A stretch of DNA of 64,000 nt from Albugo candida (lineage: Eukaryota), in contig JBDOQK010000043.1 in assembly GCA_040437565.1 (NCBI GenBank), forward strand, positions 248,001-312,000. The letters are read 5' to 3'. Below the pieces are notes generated by a model. It was given only the letters and a program-made list of their open reading frames with translations. It made no database searches and was not told the origin of the DNA. The stretch's first letter is position 1. Each line of letters starts with the position of its first letter. Shown here piece after piece: positions 39,030-50,969 of the stretch. Both the position numbers and the translations under genes were made by a program.

Positions 39030-39710
39030 GATTATGCCTGATATTGGAACAACATTCGGTGGTAATCACTGCAAAATATCGTCAAGCCATTGATGTGAGC
39101 CATCTTCGATACGAACGCCTGCTGTCATTGTAATGTTTTCGAATTGAGCCTGCTACTTTGAAGCAATCGGGGTATCTTGTGTATGATAAATCTCCCGCTG
39201 GATAGCGTGGAAAGCATCGTACCGAATGCAATTATCTCTGCTTTATAATTCGAGCTGACATTGTCGCACGTTCTTTTCTCCTACTGACTCGGAGTGAAAG
39301 TAAAATCAGTAAGAATCAGGTCGATTCTTCTGTCACAGTACCTATCATCGATGCGGTATCGTAAACAAGGAATGACGAGCTGAAGCTTGATGACAATCTG
39401 ATTCAAATCCTATGACATCGAAAGCTTGCATTATCGCTCATGTAATCACTATCCGCATGGATAGATCGTCAATCGGAGGATACCACATACTTTCATGTTG
39501 CACGATTGCAGCGCCCTAGTGCTTCCGGAGAATGTGAGGCTGTACGTGATTGAAGCTGAAATCAAAATGGCTCAGCGATCGCTATCTCTGCAGAATTCAT
39601 CGTTTTGAGCAATACCAGAGATTTGCCTCCCTTTAAATTGACTTTTTCTGCTTCTACACAAGTCCTCGAGCTGTCTCCTATGTGCGCTATTACATACAAC
39701 ATATGTGTGC
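39030..39710 (+). repeat. Cassette block A copy
   Basis: Homologous to 7605-8460 and 30845-31790. Confidence 0.55.
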
Positions 39711-39949
39711 AATGTAAGCATTAAATCATCGGCTGCGCACAAAGCACCTTATTTGTGTGCGCCTTGTGTGTCCATACTCATAAAGAATATTGAAAGTGCG
39801 AAGTGTACACATGTGAATATAACCATCTTGACATTTGGTCGAGGAAAGCGCAGCTCACTGGACGATTGTATCAAGTACTGTGTTAAACGTGCGTTTTCAT
39901 GGTAATAAAGCTGGAATCTAAAAAACGAAGGTTGCCAGTTTATCAAGTT

Positions 39950-40880
39950 ATCGAGGTGGACAACCTCCTCCCGAAGTGCTACACAACGTGTGTACAAACA
40001 TTCTTGTAGAAGAACCTGTTGCGAACTTAAAATTCCTTCGTCAAGGGGATTTCGAAACCGGGCGTGCAAGTTTTATCAAGGTTGCGACGCGATGATAAAT
40101 ATCATTCTATCATTATTCAGAATTCAACCTGGAGAAATAATGGAGACGCTTCGTTTCGAGACGTACTGTCTTGTCCTGTTGGAAGTATTCCACTCGTCTC
40201 CACCAACCGATTTGGGTCCTCTCACACGAACTTGATCCTGGCAGGAAGCAAGATAGGAGAGGTATGTCATCGAGGCGTGAGGGTCCACATATCTCCTCTT
40301 TATTTCTATCCCGACGAAACTTTGGAAAAGAGCTTCCCTCGTGAAGAAGAGTTGTCGTAGGTAAAACTTGTGACAAACTGACACTTTATGTCGCAAAATG
40401 CAGTGGGTAAGGTTACCAAAAAGTAAGGCGACGGAGGATAAGAGCAAAAATGAAATTGTAGCAGTATTTGCTTAATTTGTTTCATGCTCTTTGGCTTCTC
40501 GTCCACGCTTCTAGTCCTAGAGTTCGTTTCCTTGAGTGTGCTTGTTATTTGTCCTCTCAAAGACTTGTGAGAAAATGTATTATATCTTTCCAATGCATTC
40601 CAAGCTTCGCAAATTAAAGGGTAACAGCTTTCGTTAATCAATGACGATTCGTGAACGTGCGAACGACGCACAACTCAGCCGGGCTTTATATATTTCGGTG
40701 GTATGAGAGGTATGTCCGAACAGCTGACGATTTACTGTGAATGGCCAGACATTCTCGGCAATGAGTATCTTCAAAAGAATGAGGAATGATCAGACATTGT
40801 CGCGATGAGGCAATATATGACGGGATTTGCGCGCTTGGGATGATGCCGTTTGTGGCAGCAGAAATCACTGGAGCTTGCCT
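39950..40880 (-). pseudogene. Internal fragment of a CCG-like effector pseudogene
   Basis: QCLIIPHSFEDTHCRECLAIHSKSSAVRTYL resembles the second CCG module (VCLAQKHIHVEERCRVCLRETSDSKSMGEFL). Stops and frameshifts follow. Confidence 0.45.
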
Positions 40881-40899
40881 CGAACGAGCTTCGGCTTGT

Positions 40900-41180
40900 T
40901 TTGACAGAATATAACCAATACTTTAAATTGAAACTACGGAATGGTCGCTATCAAGGCGACAGAATCATCAAAAGTTGCCAATTGTCTATGGATGATCCGC
41001 TCGCTTGGGTATAAATTGTAAAAATTCGACAAAGGAAGATGATAATGATTAGAAACTGGCATCTTCCATCTCAAAAGGTTATCAAGTTCATATAAATACA
41101 GCGAAGCATGTACAGTCGTATCTGTTCATGGAAGATGACGCGGAAGACATCGTAAAATACCTAATCTCGATATTAAATTG
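40900..41180 (+). pseudogene. Pepsin-like pseudo-protease 3' fragment
   Basis: NGRYQG, EDDND*KLASSI and YLFMEDD remnants. Confidence 0.55.
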
Positions 41181-41678
41181 ATGCTGAAAGATGAATTGAA
41201 GAGGGAACCGCGCATATAGCACGCAAGGGATGAGAAGTTGTCAAAGGAAAACAATATCGACAAGGCTGGGGGGACGAGAGATACGCACACACTGGAGGCT
41301 TTGAACGCGATGAGTTCTCTTCAAGTCTTGTACTTCGTCGACTCGTAAAACGCAACAAGCGAGTAATCTGACATACAATGTCTGATAAATTTCGATTCGA
41401 AGCTCCATAGTGAAGCACTTGATTTAGAGGTTCTTTGAGCTGTCGTACGCTTATGGTATGGCCCCACAAACACACAGAACACCAAGACTGATTGAGATCG
41501 AGCGCATGATCGGTGCGTGATCGCCAACCACATGCAAAAAGTGTCAGACGTTGTATGAGTAGCAACAGCGGTACTGAGNNNNNNNNNNNNNNNNNNNNNN
41601 NNNNNNNNNNNNNNNNNNNNNNNNNNNNNNNNNNNNNNNNNNNNNNNNNNNNNNNNNNNNNNNNNNNNNNNNNNNNNN

Positions 41679-42359
41679 GTTTTGACAGAATATAACCAAT
41701 ACTTTAAATTGAAACTACGGAATGGTCGCTATCAAGGCGACAGAATCATCAAAAGTTGCCAATTGTCTATGGATGATCCGCTCGCTTGGGTATAAATTGT
41801 AAAAATTCGACAAAGGAAGATGATAATGATTAGAAACTGGCATCTTCCATCTCAAAAGGTTATCAAGTTCATATAAATACAGCGAAGCATGTACAGTCGT
41901 ATCTGTTCATGGAAGATGACGCGGAAGACATCGTAAAATACCTAATCTCGATATTAAATTGATGCTGAAAGATGAATTGAAGAGGGAACCGCGCATATAG
42001 CACGCAAGGGATGAGAAGTTGTCAAAGGAAAACAATATCGACAAGGCTGGGGGGACGAGAGATACGCACACACTGGAGGCTTTGAACGCGATGAGTTCTC
42101 TTCAAGTCTTGTACTTCGTCGACTCGTAAAACGCAACAAGCGAGTAATCTGACATACAATGTCTGATAAATTTCGATTCGAAGCTCCATAGTGAAGCACT
42201 TGATTTAGAGGTTCTTTGAGCTGTCGTACGCTTATGGTATGGCCCCACAAACACACAGAACACCAAGACTGATTGAGATCGAGCGCATGATCGGTGCGTG
42301 ATCGCCAACCACATGCAAAAAGTGTCAGACGTTGTATGAGTAGCAACAGCGGTACTGAG
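41679..42359 (+). other. Exact duplicate of 40898-41578 across an N gap (assembly artefact)
   Basis: Identical ORFs at a 781 bp offset, bounded by the gap. Confidence 0.85.
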
Positions 42360-42390
42360 CATCGATAGAAAGATCGGAATCGCCTTCACA
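42120..42390 (-). pseudogene. Small secreted Cys protein pseudogene
   Basis: VKAIPIFLSMLSTAVATHTTSDT then FACGW in a shifted frame. Confidence 0.5.
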
Positions 42391-43725
42391 ATGAGACGAT
42401 ACTTTTCTGGTTTGTGTAATGTCACTCTAGAAGCTCTACTCGGGAGGGCGCGAGTAGGAACAAAACAAATACTGAAAGTCGGATTTACAAGTATTCACGT
42501 CAGAGTGAGTTAGGCGCCTGATGAGACAAAGAACGCATCATCCATATTACCGATTACAATTCAGCTGCAAGTTGACCCAGCATGATCAGCACGAATTGAT
42601 TGCTACAAAAAAATCAGGACTTATTGCGGTGGATGCATCAGATGTGATCATTAGATCAGGAAAATTAATTGGCGATCACTCCACTTTTGCAATAAGTGGC
42701 TTGATCTTGTAATCGTTTCTTTCATCATTTCTTTAACCTAAGAATTGTGCAAACACACTCAATACTTGCCCCAACTCTATCGTCACGACCCAAGATGACG
42801 GTCACTTGAAACTGATCAACTTTTTCAACTCCTTAGCGGTGTTCCCGCAAATTAGTGGGTGAGAAGAGTCACATGATCCATCGCCCATGCTGAAATAGAA
42901 TTTGGCTTTCAGCGAGAGCAGTTTAACGTCGACGTCTAATCCTTTCGAGTGACATTTATATCGTCATGTGTATATTATGACGACATGACCGGCGATGAGG
43001 AGTAGGCGCCAAACACTACTGAGCGCCAGTGTAGCAACCGATTCAAAGTGAACGAAACAGACGAACACAGTTTTCGTCTAGTATCTATCAAGATCACGTC
43101 GGACACATCAGCATCACTCAAAATTGACAATTTCAGATTTTAAAAGTGTTTGCCAGAAGCTTCTACGTTGCTATGTTTTGATCATTACTGCACTTTGAGA
43201 ATCAGTATACTGCATCTCCGTTCACAGCAACTCCAATGGCTTCAGCAATATATACAGGAGTAACAGAGAGCTTTGTCTTTAGAACACAAGCATGGTGACA
43301 GGTCGTGCCATTTCGATAAGGCGATAGGCTTGGCGACCACAAGAAAGTCACGGATTTCAAATAAAAAGAAAAAAGAGAAGAACGACATAATCTATTTTTA
43401 CGTGCACATTTGTAATAGTACAAAGGGCTCAGCTATCGGTAATGCATCGCGAATGAGAGAAGACGACGTTCATCAACTATCGATCGAATCACGTGTGCAA
43501 CACCATAGAGGAAGAACACGACGAAAGTTACTTTCGTTCACAGAATTACATACGGAGATTTGCATTGTAATGGTAAAGGGAGGAATCATATTCGAAACGG
43601 CTCGGCCTGACTTCTTATCGGATTAGTAGCGAGCTCACTTGCGACAGACCGGAACCATATCTCATTCTTCAAATCGACTCGATCTTCACAGCCATCTTCT
43701 GTACGAATTCGCTCTTTTATCACAA

Positions 43726-44415
43726 ATGAAGACTACTACTTTTTCCATCCTCTCTGCTACCCTTGCTTTGTACACTGCTGGACAAGATGCCCCAACGAAC
43801 GCGACCATAATGAACACTGCTTCCAACATGGATGACAATTCATCGAACAACATGAACACTCCTTCCAACAATATGCCCAACACCATGCCGAACAACAACA
43901 TGAAACCTGTGGCTAACAATGAGATGACGATTGTATCCCCCAGTCCAATGAACACTGATCGACCAATGTGCAATGACACTGTTACTAAAATGGCAATCAA
44001 ACAGTGGACAGATAAGAAATTGCTATTATCGTGTTCCAAAGCAGTGTCAATGCCCGTCAAAAGCATTGATGACATTGCAAAACTCTCCAATGAGAATCTG
44101 CTGAAAATGTGTTCATCTTCGGAATGCATCACACCATTCTCGGATATGGCATCATCAAGTGTCTACAAGAGCTGTGATGTCATGTATGATGGCAAAAAGC
44201 AAAATGTTGCCGTTGAAGCCCACAAGATTACCGGTTTGTGCAAAAAAGATGGTAAAGATGAGAAGCTCTCAGAAAGCACTGATGGTTCAGGCGATGCAGA
44301 ACCCAAAGGTGCTGTTGCTGATCCTACCGTTAAGGATGTAAAGTCTAGCGCCGTGTTACACTCATTCAGCGCAGCCTGTATCGCTGTTACTTTCTTCGTA
44401 CTGGCCTCGTACTAG
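43726..44415 (+). CDS. GPI-anchored elicitin-like protein (ELL), copy 3
   Basis: Paralog of 16130-16831 with six Cys, signal peptide and hydrophobic tail. Confidence 0.8.
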   Translation: MKTTTFSILSATLALYTAGQDAPTNATIMNTASNMDDNSSNNMNTPSNNMPNTMPNNNMKPVANNEMTIVSPSPMNTDRPMCNDTVTKMAIKQWTDKKLLLSCSKAVSMPVKSIDDIAKLSNENLLKMCSSSECITPFSDMASSSVYKSCDVMYDGKKQNVAVEAHKITGLCKKDGKDEKLSESTDGSGDAEPKGAVADPTVKDVKSSAVLHSFSAACIAVTFFVLASY

Positions 44416-44784
44416 GAGTAAAAGTATCGTTGTAGGCATTCATATATGATTTTGCATTCCTTCTGTCTTGGCACTTTGCTGCAGCACTTGGCATAAAAGT
44501 GATGTACGATATTTTTCCCTTTCCTTATCCTAGTCGTAGCAACAAGTCATCACGGTGATACCGCTCATTATACGATGTGGATCACTTGATACTATAGCCC
44601 AGGATAGCACCAATTCGAATGCGTAAAGTTAGCGTGTCATTCGCAATAAGACGAACACGGCCACCAACATATCATTTCGTGTGCATACTTCATGCAGCTG
44701 CACCGAAATCGAAGTCAAAATGCTCAATCTATACTTCTCATCGGATTACTTGATATACTTGAGCACAAGGACCAATCACACTCC

Positions 44785-45828
44785 ATGAATTTTGATGAAT
44801 TGGCTCGGAAAAGTGGCCACATTTCTTCCTCTGTAATTGCAAAAGCGCGTGAGTATCAAAGACTTACTGAAGCCAAAAAGACATGCTGTGGATCCCAATC
44901 TCTTTGTCTGGCTCCTGCCTGCTTATACATAGCAGCGGTAGCTGAAAAAGAGAGCATTGATCTTCGAAAACTCTGTAGTGTCGCAGGCGCTAAATATCGT
45001 CAGACAGAACAAACGATACAACAAGTTGTAAATGCGGTCGGGAAGCAGAATATCATTCGGCTATCCACAACAGCACTGTGTATTCGTTACGGATGCTCTT
45101 CGATTGTGACATTAGTGACGGCAGTGAATGATGACTATCGCGTACGGCTTTATTGATCTCGACTTTATGCGCTGATCAAAATACTGCAGGAAGTGGCCTT
45201 GCGTCTACTGAGAAACCGAAGAGGAGCCAGAGATTGTGTTCAGAATGCATCAAAGGAATATAATGATCCCGTGTATGCAGCAGCTTGTCTATACGCATGC
45301 AGTAAATATGCAAAGGTGGAGATTTTTGTGAGATCATAGAAACTCTCTCAAGCCAAGCATTAGCTTCACGTAGATAAGGAAGCACTGGTAAGGGATGTAC
45401 TTGCAAATGAGCAAACCTTTGACTCGATTTTGACGTCCATCGAAGTGCGTGTTTTTCATTTGCATCACATTTTCATCGTTTCTAACTTTTTTCATAGTAT
45501 CACTGCAAAGATATAATCAGTGGAGTCAAGCCGATTGAGATAAAAAAATGGTCACAAGAAAGCGATTCGACTCATTCTGCACGATCGATCACGACCGGCA
45601 CTGAGGTTTTGTCAATGGATAAGAGTACGCATCACTACTGCGTACTTCTTTGTTCTCATGACAGAATGTGTAGTTGTCAAAGAAACTGCGACGTTAAAGA
45701 GAAAGAACGTCATGCAAGCGACTTCGATTACGTTGAAGAGAAAAATGGCCATCAAAGCAGCGTCAAGAGATGAATATTTACAGTGGCGTCAACTTGTCCT
45801 GAAATCCATACAAGCAGCTCGGGAGTAA
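44785..45828 (+). CDS. ORC6: Origin recognition complex subunit 6 (five exons)
   Basis: Exons ~44785-45141, 45190-45315, 45364-45444, 45499-45625 and 45674-45828, joined by short GT-AG introns. Motifs AKAREYQRL, LCIRYGC, PVYAAACLY, VDK and the C-terminal EYLQWRQLVL. Confidence 0.75.
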
Positions 45829-45960
45829 GGTGCAACTGACATCATACAAGCACATCCAACGCGCAGGGGACAGTCAAGCAGTACTTCCAAACGACCACGT
45901 CACAGAATTGACTTTTTCGAATCCACAAACGATATATTGGTTGTAACGACGCTATGCGTA

Positions 45961-48096
45961 TCACCTTTTACCTTGTTCTATCAGAATCACAGCAAGACTC
46001 AGCGCCAACACCAAAAATATAATCAGCAGAATCTTCATCCAGAAAATCTTGGCTTCCATCGGTTTGATTCGATTCGCACGATCCTCTGATTTATCTTCAC
46101 CGACACCTTGCTCATAATGCAAAGGAATGAAATCCACGCGACGAAATCCTTGGGTATTTCGCAAATGCTCATTTTCCAATCGAAAAAAGCTCCAAAACGT
46201 ACGTCGAAAGAGTTCCAGTACCATTGTAAAAGGCTGTAGATATAGAGGTAACGTACTGCTCGTATTTGGCGGAACAAGAGAAAGAGTCCAAGAGAACCTC
46301 AAGAAGAGATCGGCTACGATGGCGACATAATATACCCACAGACGACCAAACATGTGCCGATCACCTAAATAGTTGTATTGAGGACGGCCGAGACCCCAAT
46401 CCATACCGACATCCCACACCCAAGTATATAGAGAGCTTATTGTGAACAGGAACACCCACACAATCTGAAAGCTTTGAATGTGATAGAAAACTTGAGGATA
46501 AAATGGATGGAAAATTCCAAATAGCGCCACAACTTGTGCGAGAGCGTATTTGATCGCATTGGGAAAGTTTGGCCACCATTTCTGTGTATCATGAATCCGC
46601 CGAAGACTTTGTAAGAATCTCCACCACAACGGTAATGCGCAAATGAGCGGAGTGACGACATTGACATAATAATAATTGGTGCTGCAAGTGTGCTGTACTC
46701 GATCATATCGCCATCTTTCGGATGCGAAAATGGTCACTTCGCTCGCACTTGTGAAATAACGCTGCGAGGATGCTACTGCACCTTCAGAATCTGGAAGTAA
46801 GAATTCTTTCGAAAGGAAAAAGCAAAGCGACCAACTCAAATCCTGGTTGACTTTGACCGTACTTGTGAGGTAATCGCCTACAAAAGTATGAAAGAACGAC
46901 ACCGGGAAAAGCGGCGAGCACACTATTTCCAAAATCGTCTTCCACAATCCTTTGTACGCTCTCCACGACCGAATGACATAAAAATAAAACGAGTATCCGA
47001 AAAGAAGCAATGGGTAGTACCCTCGATGCAAAATACGCTCTGGAAAATTTTGGTTGACCACTTTGTAATACAACAATACATTTAGTAAAAACACAATTGT
47101 CATATTTGTCGCTTCGTTGAATACTTGAGTATAACTTTGACTTTTACGAGGATCTATCTCAAAGATATAGCGATAATTGATTCTAGCCGTTCGCCATACA
47201 AACATGGAGAGGCCAATAAGCCAATGTAATAAGAGCAGCCCTCCGATTCCACGATAAACTGGATAGGCTCTCGTGAGGGCCAAGTCAATGATATGCCGTT
47301 CATTTCCGCTAGGGAAGCTTGGTACAATGATAGAATCCCATACAACCCACGTTAGCAGCACCAAACAGGATCCAATTTTGACTCCGATATAAATGTGTCC
47401 CCAATGAATGAACGCTTCTTTTCGGGTCATTAACGTCGCCATGGCTACTTGACGATTCCCATCAGTGAAGCAATTAGCAAAAAATGTTTCTAATTTTGCA
47501 ATTAGTTGCTGACATTCTTGAGCATTGGAAAAGGAATAGTTCTGTAAATACTGGTGAATATGCTGCTTTCTGAGTGATTTTTGTAAAAGTTTGTCATGTT
47601 TTTTCAGGATTTTGATGAAACCTGTATAATTTAATATTGCAAAATTGTGCAATTGATGCAGTAAGCGATGTAACTCAACTAACGAGTATTTCATAGATTC
47701 CGTGGTGGTGTTGGACGCATTGGATCGATATTGTGAGCTTAGTAAATCAAACTGATCGGAGAATTCCTTCAGATGGCGTTTATAAGCATTTTCTACTTTT
47801 TCGTACTCCATCTCAATCAGTTCTTCGAATTCGGAGCAAGATGATACAAGTGGTTGCATTTCACTACGATAAGTATCAGTACCCACGATGGAAGGAGATG
47901 ACGGAGCGGTTTGGAATTGCCATTGCTCTTTGTGATTGAATGCCTTTGTACTCGATCGTGCTGAGCTACTGGACGTAGTGGAACAGGTTGCACGCACTTT
48001 TTTATTCAACATCTTTTTCAATTTCTTGTATTCCATGTACTCATGTTCCCATTCAGTGTAAATATTATCACGTAAACGATGGCTAAAGTGAACCAT
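45961..48096 (-). CDS. SPX-EXS phosphate exporter (XPR1/SYG1/PHO1 family)
   Basis: SPX motifs (MVHFS, YMEYKKLKK, LNYTGFIKILKKHDK) and EXS motifs (GDYLTS, WDVGMDWGL, ELFRRTFWSFFRLENEHL). Confidence 0.95.
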   Translation of the reverse strand: MVHFSHRLRDNIYTEWEHEYMEYKKLKKMLNKKVRATCSTTSSSSARSSTKAFNHKEQWQFQTAPSSPSIVGTDTYRSEMQPLVSSCSEFEELIEMEYEKVENAYKRHLKEFSDQFDLLSSQYRSNASNTTTESMKYSLVELHRLLHQLHNFAILNYTGFIKILKKHDKLLQKSLRKQHIHQYLQNYSFSNAQECQQLIAKLETFFANCFTDGNRQVAMATLMTRKEAFIHWGHIYIGVKIGSCLVLLTWVVWDSIIVPSFPSGNERHIIDLALTRAYPVYRGIGGLLLLHWLIGLSMFVWRTARINYRYIFEIDPRKSQSYTQVFNEATNMTIVFLLNVLLYYKVVNQNFPERILHRGYYPLLLFGYSFYFYVIRSWRAYKGLWKTILEIVCSPLFPVSFFHTFVGDYLTSTVKVNQDLSWSLCFFLSKEFLLPDSEGAVASSQRYFTSASEVTIFASERWRYDRVQHTCSTNYYYVNVVTPLICALPLWWRFLQSLRRIHDTQKWWPNFPNAIKYALAQVVALFGIFHPFYPQVFYHIQSFQIVWVFLFTISSLYTWVWDVGMDWGLGRPQYNYLGDRHMFGRLWVYYVAIVADLFLRFSWTLSLVPPNTSSTLPLYLQPFTMVLELFRRTFWSFFRLENEHLRNTQGFRRVDFIPLHYEQGVGEDKSEDRANRIKPMEAKIFWMKILLIIFLVLALSLAVILIEQGKR

Positions 48097-48376
48097 TCGG
48101 ATACGATCCAAGAAGCCTTGCGAGCTCCGATTGATTGGATGAAATTAGTTTGATCTCGATTATTGCGCATCGATGTCATTTCTTTGCGAGTTCTTTTATA
48201 CATTCGCAATCACTTTTTGTCAATAAACGATGCAGATAAATAAGTGTATCAGCTCAAATGCTTTCCTTCCATTACAATGTATCTTAAATTTTACGATTAC
48301 TTTGCATAAATGTTACGATAGAATTTCTCGAATTTCGACAGCACTTTACGGTTTATTTGTACCAGTTAGAAATCAA

Positions 48377-49378
48377 ATGGCGGATCCTAATAAATGGCTC
48401 GGGCTCATGAAATGGAGCATGAAGTATTGCGATGGTACTACACCTGCAAATGCCACAGAAATGTCCGAAGAGAAACGTGCTTTTCTCGATAAAGTACTGA
48501 AAGAGGCTGTTATTGATGAAAACGAACGAATAAAACAAATTCTTCGGATTTTAGACGGAGAACATCCGAGTGTTGTGTACGAAAAGAAAAATGACGAAAA
48601 TAATGAGTTGAATGACTCGGAAGATTCCAAAGTAACGGAAGAGGATTTGGAAATGTACAAAGAAGCACTGATTGATGAGTTGCTCGTTCGCATCGATCAG
48701 ATCGATAACGCGCAAAACTTTGTGAAAATGAACGGCCTCGACGTTTGTATTAAAGTCGTACAACAGTCGCCTCGTCAAGTGCTGAGAGCGTCGGCGATGG
48801 AAGTAATTTCAGTTGTGGTACAAAATAATCCGTTTTGTCAAGATGCGGCTCATAAAAGCGGAATGTTGAAGCTCCTCTGCGATATCGCCAAGACCGACCC
48901 AGATACCACCACACAAGTAAAAGCTTTTATGGCCATCTCCTGTCTGATCAGGAATCATCTGCCATCTCAGCAAGACTTTTTATCAAATGCATTTGACGGT
49001 ATAGGGCTGATTGAAAAATGTTTACAATCGGAAGACGTGAGACTTGAGCGAAAAGCACTGTTTTTATCCCGCTCGCTGGTTACGACATCAGACACTTTTG
49101 CTCGTCAAATAGTCGCATCTGGGAAATTTCTCAACGAATTGAGTACATTCATTCTGAGCGAAGACATCGATCTGTGCGAGAGCAGTGTCGACGCATTGTA
49201 TGAAATCATGCAAATAAATGCGGAATTCAAAAAAATTTGTCGTCAACCATCGTTCCAAATCAGTGACCGATTGGATCAAAAATTGATTGCTTTGGATTCA
49301 TTGAAGGAAGAAGAAAAACAATATTTTGTAGAAACTCGAAAGAAAGTCTCCGATTTGCGTAATTGGATGCAAAGCTGA
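48377..49378 (+). CDS. Hsp70 nucleotide exchange factor (Fes1/HspBP1 family)
   Basis: WLGLMKWS, MSEEKRAFL, QIDNAQNF, VQNNPFCQ and KAFMAISCLIRN armadillo-type motifs. Confidence 0.9.
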   Translation: MADPNKWLGLMKWSMKYCDGTTPANATEMSEEKRAFLDKVLKEAVIDENERIKQILRILDGEHPSVVYEKKNDENNELNDSEDSKVTEEDLEMYKEALIDELLVRIDQIDNAQNFVKMNGLDVCIKVVQQSPRQVLRASAMEVISVVVQNNPFCQDAAHKSGMLKLLCDIAKTDPDTTTQVKAFMAISCLIRNHLPSQQDFLSNAFDGIGLIEKCLQSEDVRLERKALFLSRSLVTTSDTFARQIVASGKFLNELSTFILSEDIDLCESSVDALYEIMQINAEFKKICRQPSFQISDRLDQKLIALDSLKEEEKQYFVETRKKVSDLRNWMQS

Positions 49379-49465
49379 ATTGCCATTTCATAACTTCCAC
49401 GATATCTATAATGCATGCATTCTTCGGATAATAACCTTTTCGCTAGCTTTGGCAGTCTTCAATAA

Positions 49466-49795
49466 CTATTCCGTTAATTCACGCTTCGACCCACACTGTG
49501 CACAGAATTTCGCGTGAATGGGTTCATAGACTAGATTACAGTTGATACATCGATCCTGATGTTGCTCTTTGTTTTGAATTTTGATTTGATACATCTTATG
49601 GTAATATCGCATTCGGTCTAATTCCTCGTTTCCTTCTCTCAGAAGAAGTTTGATGGCACCAGCATCTCTCAGATTCTTCTGATCGCGGAACTTTAGTGCA
49701 ATGTATGTCTTCATCATCTCGCGATGCTGCCATTCCGGACACTTGCGAGCTGATCGAAGGCAATCGCGATATAATCGTAACACATACTCCCGCAT
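49466..49795 (-). CDS. LYR-motif protein with C-terminal zinc ribbon
   Basis: VLRLYRDCLRSA...KFR LYR signature and a C-terminal CxxC-x10-CxxCG. Confidence 0.8.
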   Translation of the reverse strand: MREYVLRLYRDCLRSARKCPEWQHREMMKTYIALKFRDQKNLRDAGAIKLLLREGNEELDRMRYYHKMYQIKIQNKEQHQDRCINCNLVYEPIHAKFCAQCGSKRELTE

Positions 49796-50079
49796 CTCGC
49801 TCTATTGGCTAGAAATCGCCGATAGTTCATGCTTTGCATTCGGTCATTTTCGTAGAAAAAAAAGATAATTAACGCTCGATAGAAGGAGGTGACTACTGTT
49901 TATTACATGATTTAATAATAAATTCGATAATCTGATTGACATGGATGAATTTTGACAGTATTTGGCTCGTTACGATCACGAGAGAGTCATCCTTCTCCTT
50001 CTGCTTCATTCTCAGTGACGCTTCAACAACTCTTCCGTTACATTGGGTACTCGCGATTGGATATTGCTATCCTCAATCA

Positions 50080-50855
50080 TTAGTTGAACGATTTCTCTGT
50101 CGAAGTTTCCGTCCGTTCTCTCATGATGGAATCGATGATTCCAAAATTGACCGCTTCTTCTGGGTCCATGAACAAATCACGATCCATTGCTTTCTCAATC
50201 TTGACAATTGATTTCCCGGTGTGCAAGGAATACAATTTGTTTAGTCTGAAGCAAGCTCGTAAACAAAATGGAACGATGTTCAATTCTATAATTGTGACAA
50301 AACCTGTGGCGAAGTTTGATGATCTCTTCAGCGTGAATTGCAATATCACTCGCCATCCCTTGTGTACCTCCCGATGGTTGATGGATCATGATCTGCACAT
50401 ATCGATGATTATAAGATGTAGGACTATGTATCAATATGTACCCTAGAATTCGGAAGCGCGCAACGATGGCCCGGTGCACCGCCTGCCAGTAAGAGTGCAG
50501 CCATAGAAGCTGCTTGTCCGAGACACAAAGTCTTTACTTTTGAGTGGATGTATTGCATTGTATCGAATATAGCCAGTCCTGACGTCACAATTCCTCCTGG
50601 ACTATTGATGTACATGTATATGTCTTTTTCAGGTTGTTCCGATTCCAAATATAATAATTGAGCCGTCACAAGCGACGAAAGCGTATCATCAATGGGTCCT
50701 TGCACAAATACAATTCTTTCTTTCAAAAGTCTCGAGTAGATATCGTACGCTCTCTCTCCTGAATGAGACTTTTCCAACACGATCGGAATGTATGAAGATA
50801 AACGGGCAAACTGCTTTGAAGAGCGCATCAACTTCCAGCGTTGGATACCGAACAT
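50080..50855 (-). CDS. clpP: Mitochondrial ATP-dependent Clp protease proteolytic subunit (three exons)
   Basis: [23 protein letters not shown] (catalytic Ser), MIHQPSGG (His), MDRD (Asp). Introns at ~50441-50393 and ~50303-50246. N-terminal presequence-like segment. Confidence 0.95.
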
Positions 50856-50949
50856 AGCGCGTAAGTTGTGCTCGTACGTACTGAATGTCTGTTAAATTCG
50901 CCTCATTTGGCTGGCTGACAATTTGCGCCATCCAATCGCTGACACAAAG

Positions 50950-50962
50950 CATTCTCCAAGTT
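50950..50962 (+). promoter_or_regulatory. Inr/FPR-like core promoter in a 114 bp divergent clpP/RPS8 intergenic region
   Basis: CATTCTCCAAGTT about 20 bp before the RPS8 ATG, with CCAAT at ~50932. Confidence 0.5.
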
Positions 50963-50969
50963 AAGAGCA

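Noticed and set aside
40898-42359. Perfect 680 bp direct repeat
   Set aside because: Same gap-flanking artefact pattern.
50080-50855. clpP as a bacterial contaminant or horizontal transfer
   Set aside because: It has spliceosomal introns and a presequence-like N-terminus, and sits among eukaryotic genes.
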